IMG/VR virus record: IMGVR_UViG_2630968332_000001
Span: 1 to 64,000 of that record
Length of the DNA: 64,000 nucleotides
From: a virus
Taxonomy: Duplodnaviria > Caudoviricetes
Strand: one strand, 5' to 3'
The position numbers were made by a program, and so were the translations under genes. Under the pieces are notes generated by a model that was not told where the DNA came from, did no database searches, and was given only the letters and a program-made list of their open reading frames with translations. This document shows positions 40,637-48,699 of this stretch, one piece after another (positions within the stretch are counted from its first letter, which is position 1; the number at the start of each line of letters is the position of its first letter).

Positions 40637-41047
40637 ATGGATAGACCATTGCAAAACATAAACGACATAGATGAATCTAAAATTATCGAAGTCTATGATA
40701 ATCTATTGTGGTATAAATTGCCATTAGATAATGGATGGACATCTTATACGCTGCGTGCGGTAGATTGTATGCACGATAACGTGGAAATCTATAACAAGGA
40801 TAATGTCTATTCTGACGATGGCTATACCCTCGGTGTTAATTTCTCACATATTCCTTCTGAACGCTATGACGAACTACGTCCCATTGTTAAATGGTATGGC
40901 TGCAAGATTGAAGACGATGGGGAAGTTGTATTAAACACTAATAAGATGAGATTTGGGAATCCATTGTTGAACATGACGTTAGCCCTTAGTACAATCGAAA
41001 ACTATTTTGAATTTAGTGGTAAGAAGGGAGATTATCCGTACAAATGA
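40637..41047 (+). CDS. Hypothetical protein (DUF1828-like)
   Basis: YSDDGYTL motif; AGGAGG RBS. Confidence 0.55.
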   Translation: MDRPLQNINDIDESKIIEVYDNLLWYKLPLDNGWTSYTLRAVDCMHDNVEIYNKDNVYSDDGYTLGVNFSHIPSERYDELRPIVKWYGCKIEDDGEVVLNTNKMRFGNPLLNMTLALSTIENYFEFSGKKGDYPYK

Positions 41048-41418
41048 CAAGTGCTGAAAGAGAGTTTAATAAATCAGTACGTAGATTAGACATGTACTTA
41101 GAAGATGGTAATATGGTCTCTGCTGACATTGAACTAAAATCTATGCGTAGAGTATATGATGAAATGAAGAAACTAGAAAGTCATAGTGTTACCTTCTGGC
41201 TTTTTGTTACAGCAGCTCTAGTTGTGTATATTGGTATGGGGTGGGGTAAGTATGAAATACCAACTATGCTAATGACAGGGCTAGAGGCAATATCATTTGC
41301 TTTGATGACTTATGTTTCTAATATAGTAGACAATTTCATTGATAATATCGAATACTGGGAAGACAAGTATAATCTGCATAAGGAGGTGAATAGACGAGTT
41401 GACAACAGTATCAACTAA
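41044..41418 (+). CDS. Membrane protein
   Basis: Two TM helices. Confidence 0.7.
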   Translation: MTSAEREFNKSVRRLDMYLEDGNMVSADIELKSMRRVYDEMKKLESHSVTFWLFVTAALVVYIGMGWGKYEIPTMLMTGLEAISFALMTYVSNIVDNFIDNIEYWEDKYNLHKEVNRRVDNSIN

Positions 41419-41659
41419 CAATGTAGTAACAGTATATACTAAGAATAATTGTCAGCAATGCAAAATGACAAAGAGAAAGTTGCAAGCTATGGGAGTTGAT
41501 TATCACGAATATAACGTAGATAACGACCCTAAAGCACTAGAATACCTATTAGAGAAAGGTTGGACTAGCTTACCTGTTGTAGTTACAGAAGATGATGTTT
41601 GGATGGGGCTGCGAATGGATAAGTTAAACAATCTTCAAAAAAAGATGAAGATTTCTTAG
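41399..41659 (+). CDS. nrdH: NrdH-like glutaredoxin
   Basis: VYTKNNCQQC, SLPVV, WMGLRMD. Confidence 0.9.
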   Translation: MTTVSTNNVVTVYTKNNCQQCKMTKRKLQAMGVDYHEYNVDNDPKALEYLLEKGWTSLPVVVTEDDVWMGLRMDKLNNLQKKMKIS

Positions 41660-41667
41660 TTTTTCTG

Positions 41668-41730
41668 TTGACTTTTATTTTTTATATGGTATTATAATAT
41701 ATGTAAGTTAAGAGTTAAGAGAATAAACGA
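41668..41730 (+). promoter_or_regulatory. Promoter of RNA locus with AGAGAATAAA leader motif
   Basis: TTGACT...TATAAT then gttaagagttaagagaataaa. Confidence 0.75.
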
Positions 41731-41813
41731 ATAACTCAAAGCTACAACAAAACAATTAAATAAATCTGTTAAATATGTTGAACTTAATGTAATTGTCCTT
41801 ACGTGAGTCAACA

Positions 41814-41891
41814 ATCGGATAGCTTAATGGCAGAGCGTACGAGTATGATAACGATACTTGTAAGGTTTGGTGTTCAATTCATCAATCCGAT
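41814..41891 (+). ncRNA. tRNA-like element with aberrant anticodon arm
   Basis: atcggat/atccgat stem, D-arm agcttaatggcagagc, T-loop TTCAATT, elongated middle arm. Confidence 0.65.
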
Positions 41892-41894
41892 ATT

Positions 41895-41988
41895 TGTCAC
41901 AGTGATATTTATTTTACGCATTCACAACGAGTGCCTCCTTGAATTTAAACTTATTTTTCTGAATTATGTATACCTAATCACTGTGACA
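41895..41988 (+). ncRNA. Stem-closed sRNA with anti-SD and anti-AUG loop
   Basis: Perfect 12-bp tgtcacagtgat/atcactgtgaca stem; loop has CAT and CCTCCTT. Confidence 0.55.
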
Positions 41989-42033
41989 CACCTCCAAGTT
42001 AGATTGGTAGGTGGGTAAAACGGTATTGCCCAT

Positions 42034-42102
42034 CTACATAGGGTTTGGTTAGAATGTTAACTTATAACTCCTTCCGTCCAGAAGTTGCCAAATCCTATGT
42101 AG
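42034..42102 (+). ncRNA. Stem-closed sRNA with anti-SD loop
   Basis: 15-bp stem; loop CTCCTTCC. Confidence 0.5.
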
Positions 42103-42313
42103 GTAGACAAAACTTAGTTTGCCTAAACAACTTTTGCAATTCTGAAAAGGATTTGTACTTCCAAATTTTTCTTATAATTGATGATATTCTATGGTTAGTG
42201 TATCTCTAGTCTATTTTGTTAATTACATTAATACTAATTTTAATATCATCTCTTTAAAACTTTTCTTTTATATTATTTTTGTTTTTATCTGTAAATGTCA
42301 GCCCATTAGGGTT

Positions 42314-42401
42314 GATATATCAGCGAGTAGGCGGTTGACTCTTGATATATTTTTTAAAAACCTTCTTATGTATTTGTATTTTGGCTACTCGTTGATATAT
42401 C
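42314..42401 (+). ncRNA. Stem-closed sRNA
   Basis: 17-bp stem; loop CCTTCTT. Confidence 0.45.
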
Positions 42402-42423
42402 TATCTTAATTGGAGGTGCAAAG

Positions 42424-42639
42424 ATGGATAAGCTAAGTAATATGATTGATAGATTTCTCTTGACGAGAACATGGTATGTAATTCAATGGTTGTTCATTAT
42501 GACCGTTGCGTTTGACCTAATCTTTTATAGCTATGGTTTCTGGACTAAGTTATTTTATTTAGCTGGTTTGGCAGCTGGGTTTAGCAATATAAAAGAATGG
42601 CACAAGAAACATATCTATTCTGTTAAGAGAAAACACTAA
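42424..42639 (+). CDS. Small membrane protein
   Basis: GGAGG RBS, two hydrophobic segments. Confidence 0.7.
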   Translation: MDKLSNMIDRFLLTRTWYVIQWLFIMTVAFDLIFYSYGFWTKLFYLAGLAAGFSNIKEWHKKHIYSVKRKH

Positions 42640-42670
42640 AACTACATAAGGCAGCTTTGATTGTTGCTAA

Positions 42671-42767
42671 AGGGAACGGGTTGGTTTTTCACATCCTTTC
42701 AATAAATACAGATAATTAACCCCTATTTACTAATACGATACTGACACAGTTTTTCGTCCCGTTCTCT
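42671..42767 (+). ncRNA. Stem-closed sRNA with anti-SD loop
   Basis: agggaacggg/cccgttctct; loop CATCCTTTC. Confidence 0.45.
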
Positions 42768-43005
42768 CTAGGAGCTATTAAAATGCTCTCCCAAAACAAG
42801 TCTACTATATGTTTAGAGTCTAGAGAATAAATGGTAGACATTTGGTATGTAAAATGTTGGACTGTCGGGAACACTATACCACACAAGCTAATATGCGGCT
42901 TTTACATACCACGCTCACAGACTTTAAAGGGAATGTGGGAGCGGATAGGCGAACGCGAATAGTGTAGTTAGTAAACCTATGCGTAATTATTTATCCTAGT
43001 TGGTA

Positions 43006-43078
43006 GTCATGTGGTGTATTCGGGTAACACGCTCGTCCTTGAAACGAGAGCAGTAAGGTTCAAGTCCTTGCTATGACA
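43006..43078 (+). tRNA. tRNA-Gln(TTG)-like, probably degenerate
   Basis: D-arm, ctcgt-CCTTGAA-acgag (C at position 33), taagg-TTCAAGT-ccttg; imperfect acceptor. Confidence 0.5.
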
Positions 43079-43180
43079 TAGAGGTGGAAACACCTCGAAA
43101 CAAACATTTATTAATTCGTTCATTTTTTATTAGTTGATTAGGTTTTGCGTATTAATCAACACTCCTTTTTAAATTATTTT

Positions 43181-43238
43181 GGTTGCCACAGGTGCAGTAA
43201 AGGTGCATTTTATAGGTTCGACTCCTACTGTGGTAATT
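43181..43238 (+). ncRNA. tRNA-like mini-element
   Basis: ttgccacag/ctgtggtaa stem, tagg-TTCGACT-ccta T-arm. Confidence 0.7.
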
Positions 43239-43395
43239 GGGGTAGAGCATGACTACCCCGAAAGCACAATAACGGTAAGTGCATAGATTTGTGTAATTTT
43301 TTGACATTGAATCTGAATTAATTCATGAACAGGTTCATTACGACTTACGGATTGGTTCATGATTTAAGATTTCCTCCTTTTGAATTAGAAGGTTC

Positions 43396-43453
43396 GCAAC
43401 GTAGCTCAACTGGTAGAGCAAAGGATGATGTGGGTTCGAGTCCCACCGTTGCA
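43396..43453 (+). ncRNA. Anticodon-arm-less tRNA-like element
   Basis: gcaacg/cgttgc acceptor, TAGCTCAACTGGTAGAGC D-arm, gtggg-TTCGAGT-cccac T-arm, only a ~10-nt linker. Confidence 0.8.
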
Positions 43454-43500
43454 ATTAGCCAATATGGCTATAAATATACAATAGAAAAGAGGTGAGATAG

Positions 43501-44757
43501 ATGAAGACAATGAGTGAGTTAAAATACCACTATGGCTTGAAGATGTGTATTCACCCTAGCACGAAGCAAAAGCAAATCATTAAGATGAACAGTGATGTAT
43601 CTAGGGCTGTATATAACGCTATGGTTGCGATTGATAAAGAGTTGTATCAACTCAAACAGGTAAAACTACCTATTGATACAATCCAAACACGTATTGCTGA
43701 ATTAGAAAAACGTAAGAAGGCTCAAAACTATTTAGCAACGCACTATACTTACATGAAACACCCTTATATTGATAGTCATTGTCGTTCTATGGCAATGCGT
43801 TCTTATAAAGCTGCATGGAATATGTTTAGAAAAGTTCATAACGTTGGTACACCTAATTTTCATAAGAAAACTTACGAGGAGAAGTATCAAACAAGTGGAA
43901 CTTATACGAGTAAGAAGAAACCAGTTAATATGTGGACTGGCTCAATTAGATTTGTAGACAATAAACATATTAATATTCCTAAGCTGGGTATTATTCGTGT
44001 GAGTGGTTCGTATAGAAAACTACTAGATAATAAAGATGATATTAGAATTGGCACAACTACTATTTCTAAAAATGCTTTTGGTATCTACTACGTTTCTATG
44101 CAGTTGGGTTCAGATACACCTTTTGTTAAAGAATTGCCTAAAACTAATTCTCAAGTTGGAATCGACTTGAATACAGATAACTTCTTAACAACAAGCGAAG
44201 GTAATGTTATAGCTAACCCGAGATTTTATAGAACTATCAAGGGTCGATTGGCTAAAGCACAACGTAAATTATCACGCAGACAAGTTAGAGCCAAGAAAGA
44301 AGGACGCTCCTTACGTGATAGCAAGAATTACCAAAAGCAACGCATAGTGGTATCAAAACTTATGAATAAAGTGCGTAATCAACGTAATAAATTCTTAGAT
44401 GAAATGTCAATAACACTTATCAAGAACCACGATTTGGTTGTGGCTGAAAATCTAAGAAGTAAAAATATGTTGAGAAATCACGCTTTGGCTATGTCTATTA
44501 GTGATGTAGGTTGGAGAACATTCCTACAAAAACTAGAATACAAAGCTGAATTATATGGTAAGACTTTTGTTACTGTAAATCCTAAGAATACTACACAAAC
44601 ATGTAGCGAATGTGGGCATGTTATGGGAACAAAAGATACGGATAAGCTAACACTAAAAGATAGAAGTTGGGCTTGTCCTAGCTGTAATACTTACCATATA
44701 CGTGATGTAAATGCAGCAAAGAATATCCTAGACAAAGGATTAAAACAATTAGCCTAG
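43501..44757 (+). CDS. tnpB: TnpB (IS200/IS605 type), CRISPR-adjacent, no tnpA
   Basis: GIDLN, VAENL, CSECG...CPSC, RDVNAAKNI: RuvC D-E-D and zinc finger intact. Confidence 0.93.
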   Translation: MKTMSELKYHYGLKMCIHPSTKQKQIIKMNSDVSRAVYNAMVAIDKELYQLKQVKLPIDTIQTRIAELEKRKKAQNYLATHYTYMKHPYIDSHCRSMAMRSYKAAWNMFRKVHNVGTPNFHKKTYEEKYQTSGTYTSKKKPVNMWTGSIRFVDNKHINIPKLGIIRVSGSYRKLLDNKDDIRIGTTTISKNAFGIYYVSMQLGSDTPFVKELPKTNSQVGIDLNTDNFLTTSEGNVIANPRFYRTIKGRLAKAQRKLSRRQVRAKKEGRSLRDSKNYQKQRIVVSKLMNKVRNQRNKFLDEMSITLIKNHDLVVAENLRSKNMLRNHALAMSISDVGWRTFLQKLEYKAELYGKTFVTVNPKNTTQTCSECGHVMGTKDTDKLTLKDRSWACPSCNTYHIRDVNAAKNILDKGLKQLA

Positions 44758-44759
44758 AA

Positions 44760-44938
44760 ATAGGTAGTCCGTTTGTCTGTTGCGGACTCAAAAGCATTTG
44801 GTAATTACCATGTAAGACCTTTATTTCAGATTTTTCTGATACAAAGGCAACGGTGTATCTAATGAAATTTTGGCAACCCTAAAAAATTAGGAGTTCCCAA
44901 AACCCTAGTACTGTGGGATTTGTTAGTCTGTTTTTAGT
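44760..44938 (+). ncRNA. omegaRNA/tracrRNA-like scaffold
   Basis: Structured region between tnpB stop and array; hairpin loop GTCTGT complementary to repeat end ACAGAC. Confidence 0.65.
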
Positions 44939-45155
44939 GTGTTACCCATATGTGCGTGGGGACAGACTGGAATACGTACAAACGATATACTCAAACTCAA
45001 GGTGTTACCCACATACGTGTGGGGCAGACTACGGCAAGTTTTTTAAAGACAATGAAGAATATGTGTTACCCATATGTGCGTGGGGACAGACTATATGTAG
45101 TTAAGAGTTTAGCGAACAAACGAAAGTGCTACTCATATGTGTCAAAGAACATATA
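44939..45155 (+). CRISPR. Mini CRISPR array: 3 repeats plus a degenerate 4th, 3 spacers
   Basis: GTGTTACCCATATGTGCGTGGGGACAGACT at 44939 and 45063, variant at 45002, degenerate at 45126; spacers 33, 32, 33 nt. Confidence 0.9.
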
Positions 45156-45165
45156 GCTATATTTA

Positions 45166-45207
45166 CTCACCTCGGTAGTTCTGTTCTGGTTCAACTCCAG
45201 AAGTGAG
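45166..45207 (+). ncRNA. tRNA-like mini-element closing the array
   Basis: ctcac/gtgag stem, tctgg-TTCAACT-ccaga T-arm. Confidence 0.6.
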
Positions 45208-45209
45208 CT

Positions 45210-45612
45210 TTGTACCAACTCCTGATACACCTCTAATCAAGGCAAGACCGTTATGCGTCTTTTAATGTAGGACAGGTGCGGTACGGCATCTCATTAGTAC
45301 GTTACTCGAGGGTACGGAAGGTGTTTTGCAAGGGATATACTATGCCAAGTGTGGAGGTTGATTACCTCGCAGCAGATAGCTACTGTTGTCATACGTGCGA
45401 GCTTGGTGTGTGTAGTTAGATGTGCCGATTATTTAGTAAGTTATCTCAAAGTGGCGAGATGACTTTTTCGCTGGGGATAAGCCCAATCGTTTAGATATAT
45501 CCACCAGTTGCTTTAGCCAGTTATCCTCTCGTAGCAGTGGAGTTCTTTCGCCGAACTTGCTAGGGAACAGATTGTTGAGGCGAATGCAATTTAATGTTCG
45601 ATAACTGGTTAT
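45210..45612 (+). ncRNA. Putative ~400-nt structured RNA
   Basis: GC-enriched, hairpin-rich, no credible ORF, bracketed by a tRNA-like element and tRNA-Ser. Confidence 0.55.
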
Positions 45613-45616
45613 ATTT

Positions 45617-45706
45617 GGTAAGTTACTCAAGTTGGTGAAGAGGACTGTTTGCTAAACAGTTAGGTCTGCGATTGTGGACGCAAGGGTTCGAGTCCCTTAC
45701 TTACCG
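45617..45706 (+). tRNA. tRNA-Ser(GCT)
   Basis: actgt-TTGCTAA-acagt, long variable arm, GGTTCGAGTCC, G discriminator, no encoded CCA. Confidence 0.9.
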
Positions 45707-45726
45707 TTAACAATTAAATATTAAAA

Positions 45727-46001
45727 TTCGTGTGTATATAGGAACAAATCTGATTGTATTTATAATTTTGGTTTGTACAAACAAAAATCTTATAATATTT
45801 ATAATTATCTTATTGTTTTAGAACAAATTGCGACACCTCCTTTACTAAACCGCCCGCTTTTTGTCCTAACATGCAATTTTTAAAATAAAAGCCTGTGAGT
45901 GAAAGTAGCTACTGTTTTAAGCAAGTGCCCCGCTACTTAAATTTTTAAAAGTGAAATTTTAGCAAAACTAAAGCCAGATTTGTTCCTACATGCACACGAA
46001 T
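45727..46001 (+). ncRNA. Long stem-closed RNA with anti-SD segment
   Basis: ~27-bp inverted repeat at the ends; internal CACCTCCTTT. Confidence 0.5.
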
Positions 46002-46013
46002 TAGAGAAAGAAG

Positions 46014-46739
46014 TTGGTTAGTATTATTTTCGTGAATGCCCCGATAGGTGCGGGTAAGACAAGCCTAACACGTATGCTCGTTGCAGATTTAGGCACTAAA
46101 GGTTTCTATGAAGAAGTTGATAAGATACCTATGCTCAAAGAGTTTTACGCACAAGGCGAAGAAAGTAGAAATGATTTAAGTTTTGCTTTACAAATCGCCT
46201 TTTTAAATTACCGTTTTGGACAATTACGTGAAGGACTGCATTTGGCTGAACGTGGAATTGTCAATACAGTATATGATAGTTCCTTGATTTCTGACGCTTT
46301 AATGAGTTTTAACTTGTATAAGCGTGGTGAATTTCCAGAAGTTATGTACAATCTTTACGTAAGTTTAAATCAAAATATGGTTTCTGATGTTGCGGGTCAT
46401 CCGTTCAATGGTTATCCAGATTTAATTGTATTCCTAGATATTCCATTTGATTTAATGCTAGACCATATTTCTAAGCGTGGTCGTGATATGGAAGATATAC
46501 GTAAAGACCCTAAGCTAGTAGATTACTATTATTCTGTATGGAACACATACAATTCATGGTACGACAGTTTCGGTCAAGCACCAGTAGTTCGTGTGGATAT
46601 GAGTAAATACGATTTCGTAAACAACTTATCCGACCGTAATACCGTACTTAATCTAATTGAACAAAAACTGGTTGATTTAGGTAAATTAACACAAGATGAG
46701 TTCGATAAAATCAAAGCAAAACGTGATAAGGAGGTGTAG
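46014..46739 (+). CDS. Deoxynucleoside kinase
   Basis: APIGAGKTSL, FALQIAFLNYRF, PDL, RGRDME. Confidence 0.9.
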   Translation: MVSIIFVNAPIGAGKTSLTRMLVADLGTKGFYEEVDKIPMLKEFYAQGEESRNDLSFALQIAFLNYRFGQLREGLHLAERGIVNTVYDSSLISDALMSFNLYKRGEFPEVMYNLYVSLNQNMVSDVAGHPFNGYPDLIVFLDIPFDLMLDHISKRGRDMEDIRKDPKLVDYYYSVWNTYNSWYDSFGQAPVVRVDMSKYDFVNNLSDRNTVLNLIEQKLVDLGKLTQDEFDKIKAKRDKEV

Positions 46740-46747
46740 CCGATTTA

Positions 46748-46969
46748 TTGCGTAACATTGAAAAGTTATCTAAACCAATTTATATCATTAAAGGTTTGAG
46801 CGATGATTACTATCATGTAACCACAGATAATACTGCTGATGGTACAGATGTATTGTTTAGTAGCGATAATGGTATTGAGTTATTATCATTCGTTAGTGGT
46901 TATAATATCAACGCTCAAATTAAAATCAATGAAGATGAATTGGAAAATCTAATTACTGAATTATCATAA
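46748..46969 (+). CDS. Hypothetical protein
   Basis: AAGGAGG RBS. Confidence 0.65.
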   Translation: MRNIEKLSKPIYIIKGLSDDYYHVTTDNTADGTDVLFSSDNGIELLSFVSGYNINAQIKINEDELENLITELS

Positions 46970-46981
46970 GGTAGGTAAACG

Positions 46982-47611
46982 ATGAGTTCAATTAACAAGG
47001 TGTTGTATGGAGATACTAATTATCTCAATACACTTAAAGATAAAGTTAATAAAGTAGTAAACAAAAACTTGAAACAAATCTCTAAAGAAAAGGACGGTGA
47101 CTATATGTTTACAAGCACAAAATTGGTAGAAGCTCCTATGCCTCCAGTCAAAGCATATATTGGTTGTTCATGGTTTAGTGATAAACAAACGGAACATATG
47201 AAAGCTGGGATAGAAGCTATCAAAGCTAACCCTAGTGTAAGTTGGGAATACTCACATTATCCATTGGCACATCAATATAAAGGTATGGACGTGAATAACA
47301 ACCCAGAAATTATGCTTGATAAAGAGTGGCAGATGGCAACTGTATCAGCCGATATTGAAGGAATTAAAGGCTGTGAATTAGGTATTATGCTTTATGTTCC
47401 AAGTGAACCAGATGATGGGCAAGCATGGGAAATGGGTAACTTATACGGACATGGTAAGCAATGTGTTGTAGTTATTCCAGATGATGAAGTACACGAACCA
47501 TTAAATCTTATGGTTGCATGTGGTACAACACGCATTATTAAGTTATCTGAATTAGCTACATTTGATTTCAGACATGTAGTTGCTGATGTCTATGACGGTG
47601 AAGTCTACTAA
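46982..47611 (+). CDS. Nucleoside 2-deoxyribosyltransferase
   Basis: AYIGCSWFS, DDGQAWEMG, PLNLM; alternative start 47105. Confidence 0.85.
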   Translation: MSSINKVLYGDTNYLNTLKDKVNKVVNKNLKQISKEKDGDYMFTSTKLVEAPMPPVKAYIGCSWFSDKQTEHMKAGIEAIKANPSVSWEYSHYPLAHQYKGMDVNNNPEIMLDKEWQMATVSADIEGIKGCELGIMLYVPSEPDDGQAWEMGNLYGHGKQCVVVIPDDEVHEPLNLMVACGTTRIIKLSELATFDFRHVVADVYDGEVY

Positions 47612-47729
47612 GACCATTCTTACACACCGAAATAAGCAAGTGTTGTTATGATAATCAGACTAGATTGTAATTAGACTATAATAACACTTCGATACATATT
47701 GATACTGATATAAGGAGGGATTAGCTTGT

Positions 47730-48011
47730 TTGAGTAAACAAGTACAGTGGGAATTTATTAAAGGTGAATCATTAGATGGAGAAAAGATTGTGTTCGCACA
47801 TAGCACAAAATACTTGGGACGTGTTGACGCTGCGACATGGAGTCCGAAATGGGCTTTACAACAATCTATCTTTGATGAATATATTTATGTAATTGAAGAT
47901 GAAGATATGAAATTGGTTGATGTATTAGATAAGCATGGCTTGTCAGAACATACATTAATCAAAAACCAAAAAGAGTTCATTGATATGAGTAAGCCAAGAA
48001 CAGAGGTGTAA
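47730..48011 (+). CDS. Hypothetical protein
   Basis: AAGGAGG RBS. Confidence 0.7.
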   Translation: MSKQVQWEFIKGESLDGEKIVFAHSTKYLGRVDAATWSPKWALQQSIFDEYIYVIEDEDMKLVDVLDKHGLSEHTLIKNQKEFIDMSKPRTEV

Positions 48012-48015
48012 ATTC

Positions 48016-48399
48016 ATGTACGACCGAGTATTAATGGTTGACGCTAGAACATATGATAGAACTGGCTATATGACAAGTACTACTAGATATACCGTTATTG
48101 ACGACCAAAGTCTAGCAGAAGAAATAGCCGAAGATTTAGCTTTTGAATGTATGAAAGAATTAAATTATCAAATTCGTAGTAATGTTTATGCTGATGATTT
48201 CACGAATGAGGAATACACAGAAGCTGATATGCACAAGAGATATGTTGGCGATGAGGACTTCCCAGAATTGAAGTATATAACTATTGCTGATAAAGACGTA
48301 CCAGATTTCATGAGAGTGGTCGTAGAAATCACTCCATCAACATTAATCAAAGAAAGAGATGATTATTTTTCATTGAAATCATTTCGTGATTATAAATAG
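48016..48399 (+). CDS. Hypothetical protein
   Basis: GAGG RBS. Confidence 0.7.
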   Translation: MYDRVLMVDARTYDRTGYMTSTTRYTVIDDQSLAEEIAEDLAFECMKELNYQIRSNVYADDFTNEEYTEADMHKRYVGDEDFPELKYITIADKDVPDFMRVVVEITPSTLIKERDDYFSLKSFRDYK

Positions 48400-48699
48400 G
48401 AACGGCAATTCCTAGTCCTAGCGACCGTTTAAGACGGTGGTTAGTCTTGGTTTTTAATAATTAATTAATCCACTAGCTTAGAAATGAGTTAGTGGTTTTT
48501 GTTTTAAATAGAGTTATTATGCGGTAATTATTTATATAAATCATTAGATAAATCCACTAATTTTAGACTTTACTTATTTTATACAAATTCGATAAAGTTA
48601 TTTCCTATCTTTTCAACAAATCGTATTTGCACCATTTATACTTTATCGAAAAAGTAGTATAATGTATTTAATCAGTAAAGTAGGTTTTGGGGTGGAAAT

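Noticed and set aside
41803-42409. 71- and 72-aa ORFs
   Set aside because: No RBS; overlap tRNA-like and stem-closed RNA elements
44913-45156. Two short ORFs (63 and 68 aa) with repeated CYPYVRGD
   Set aside because: Translation artefacts of the CRISPR repeats
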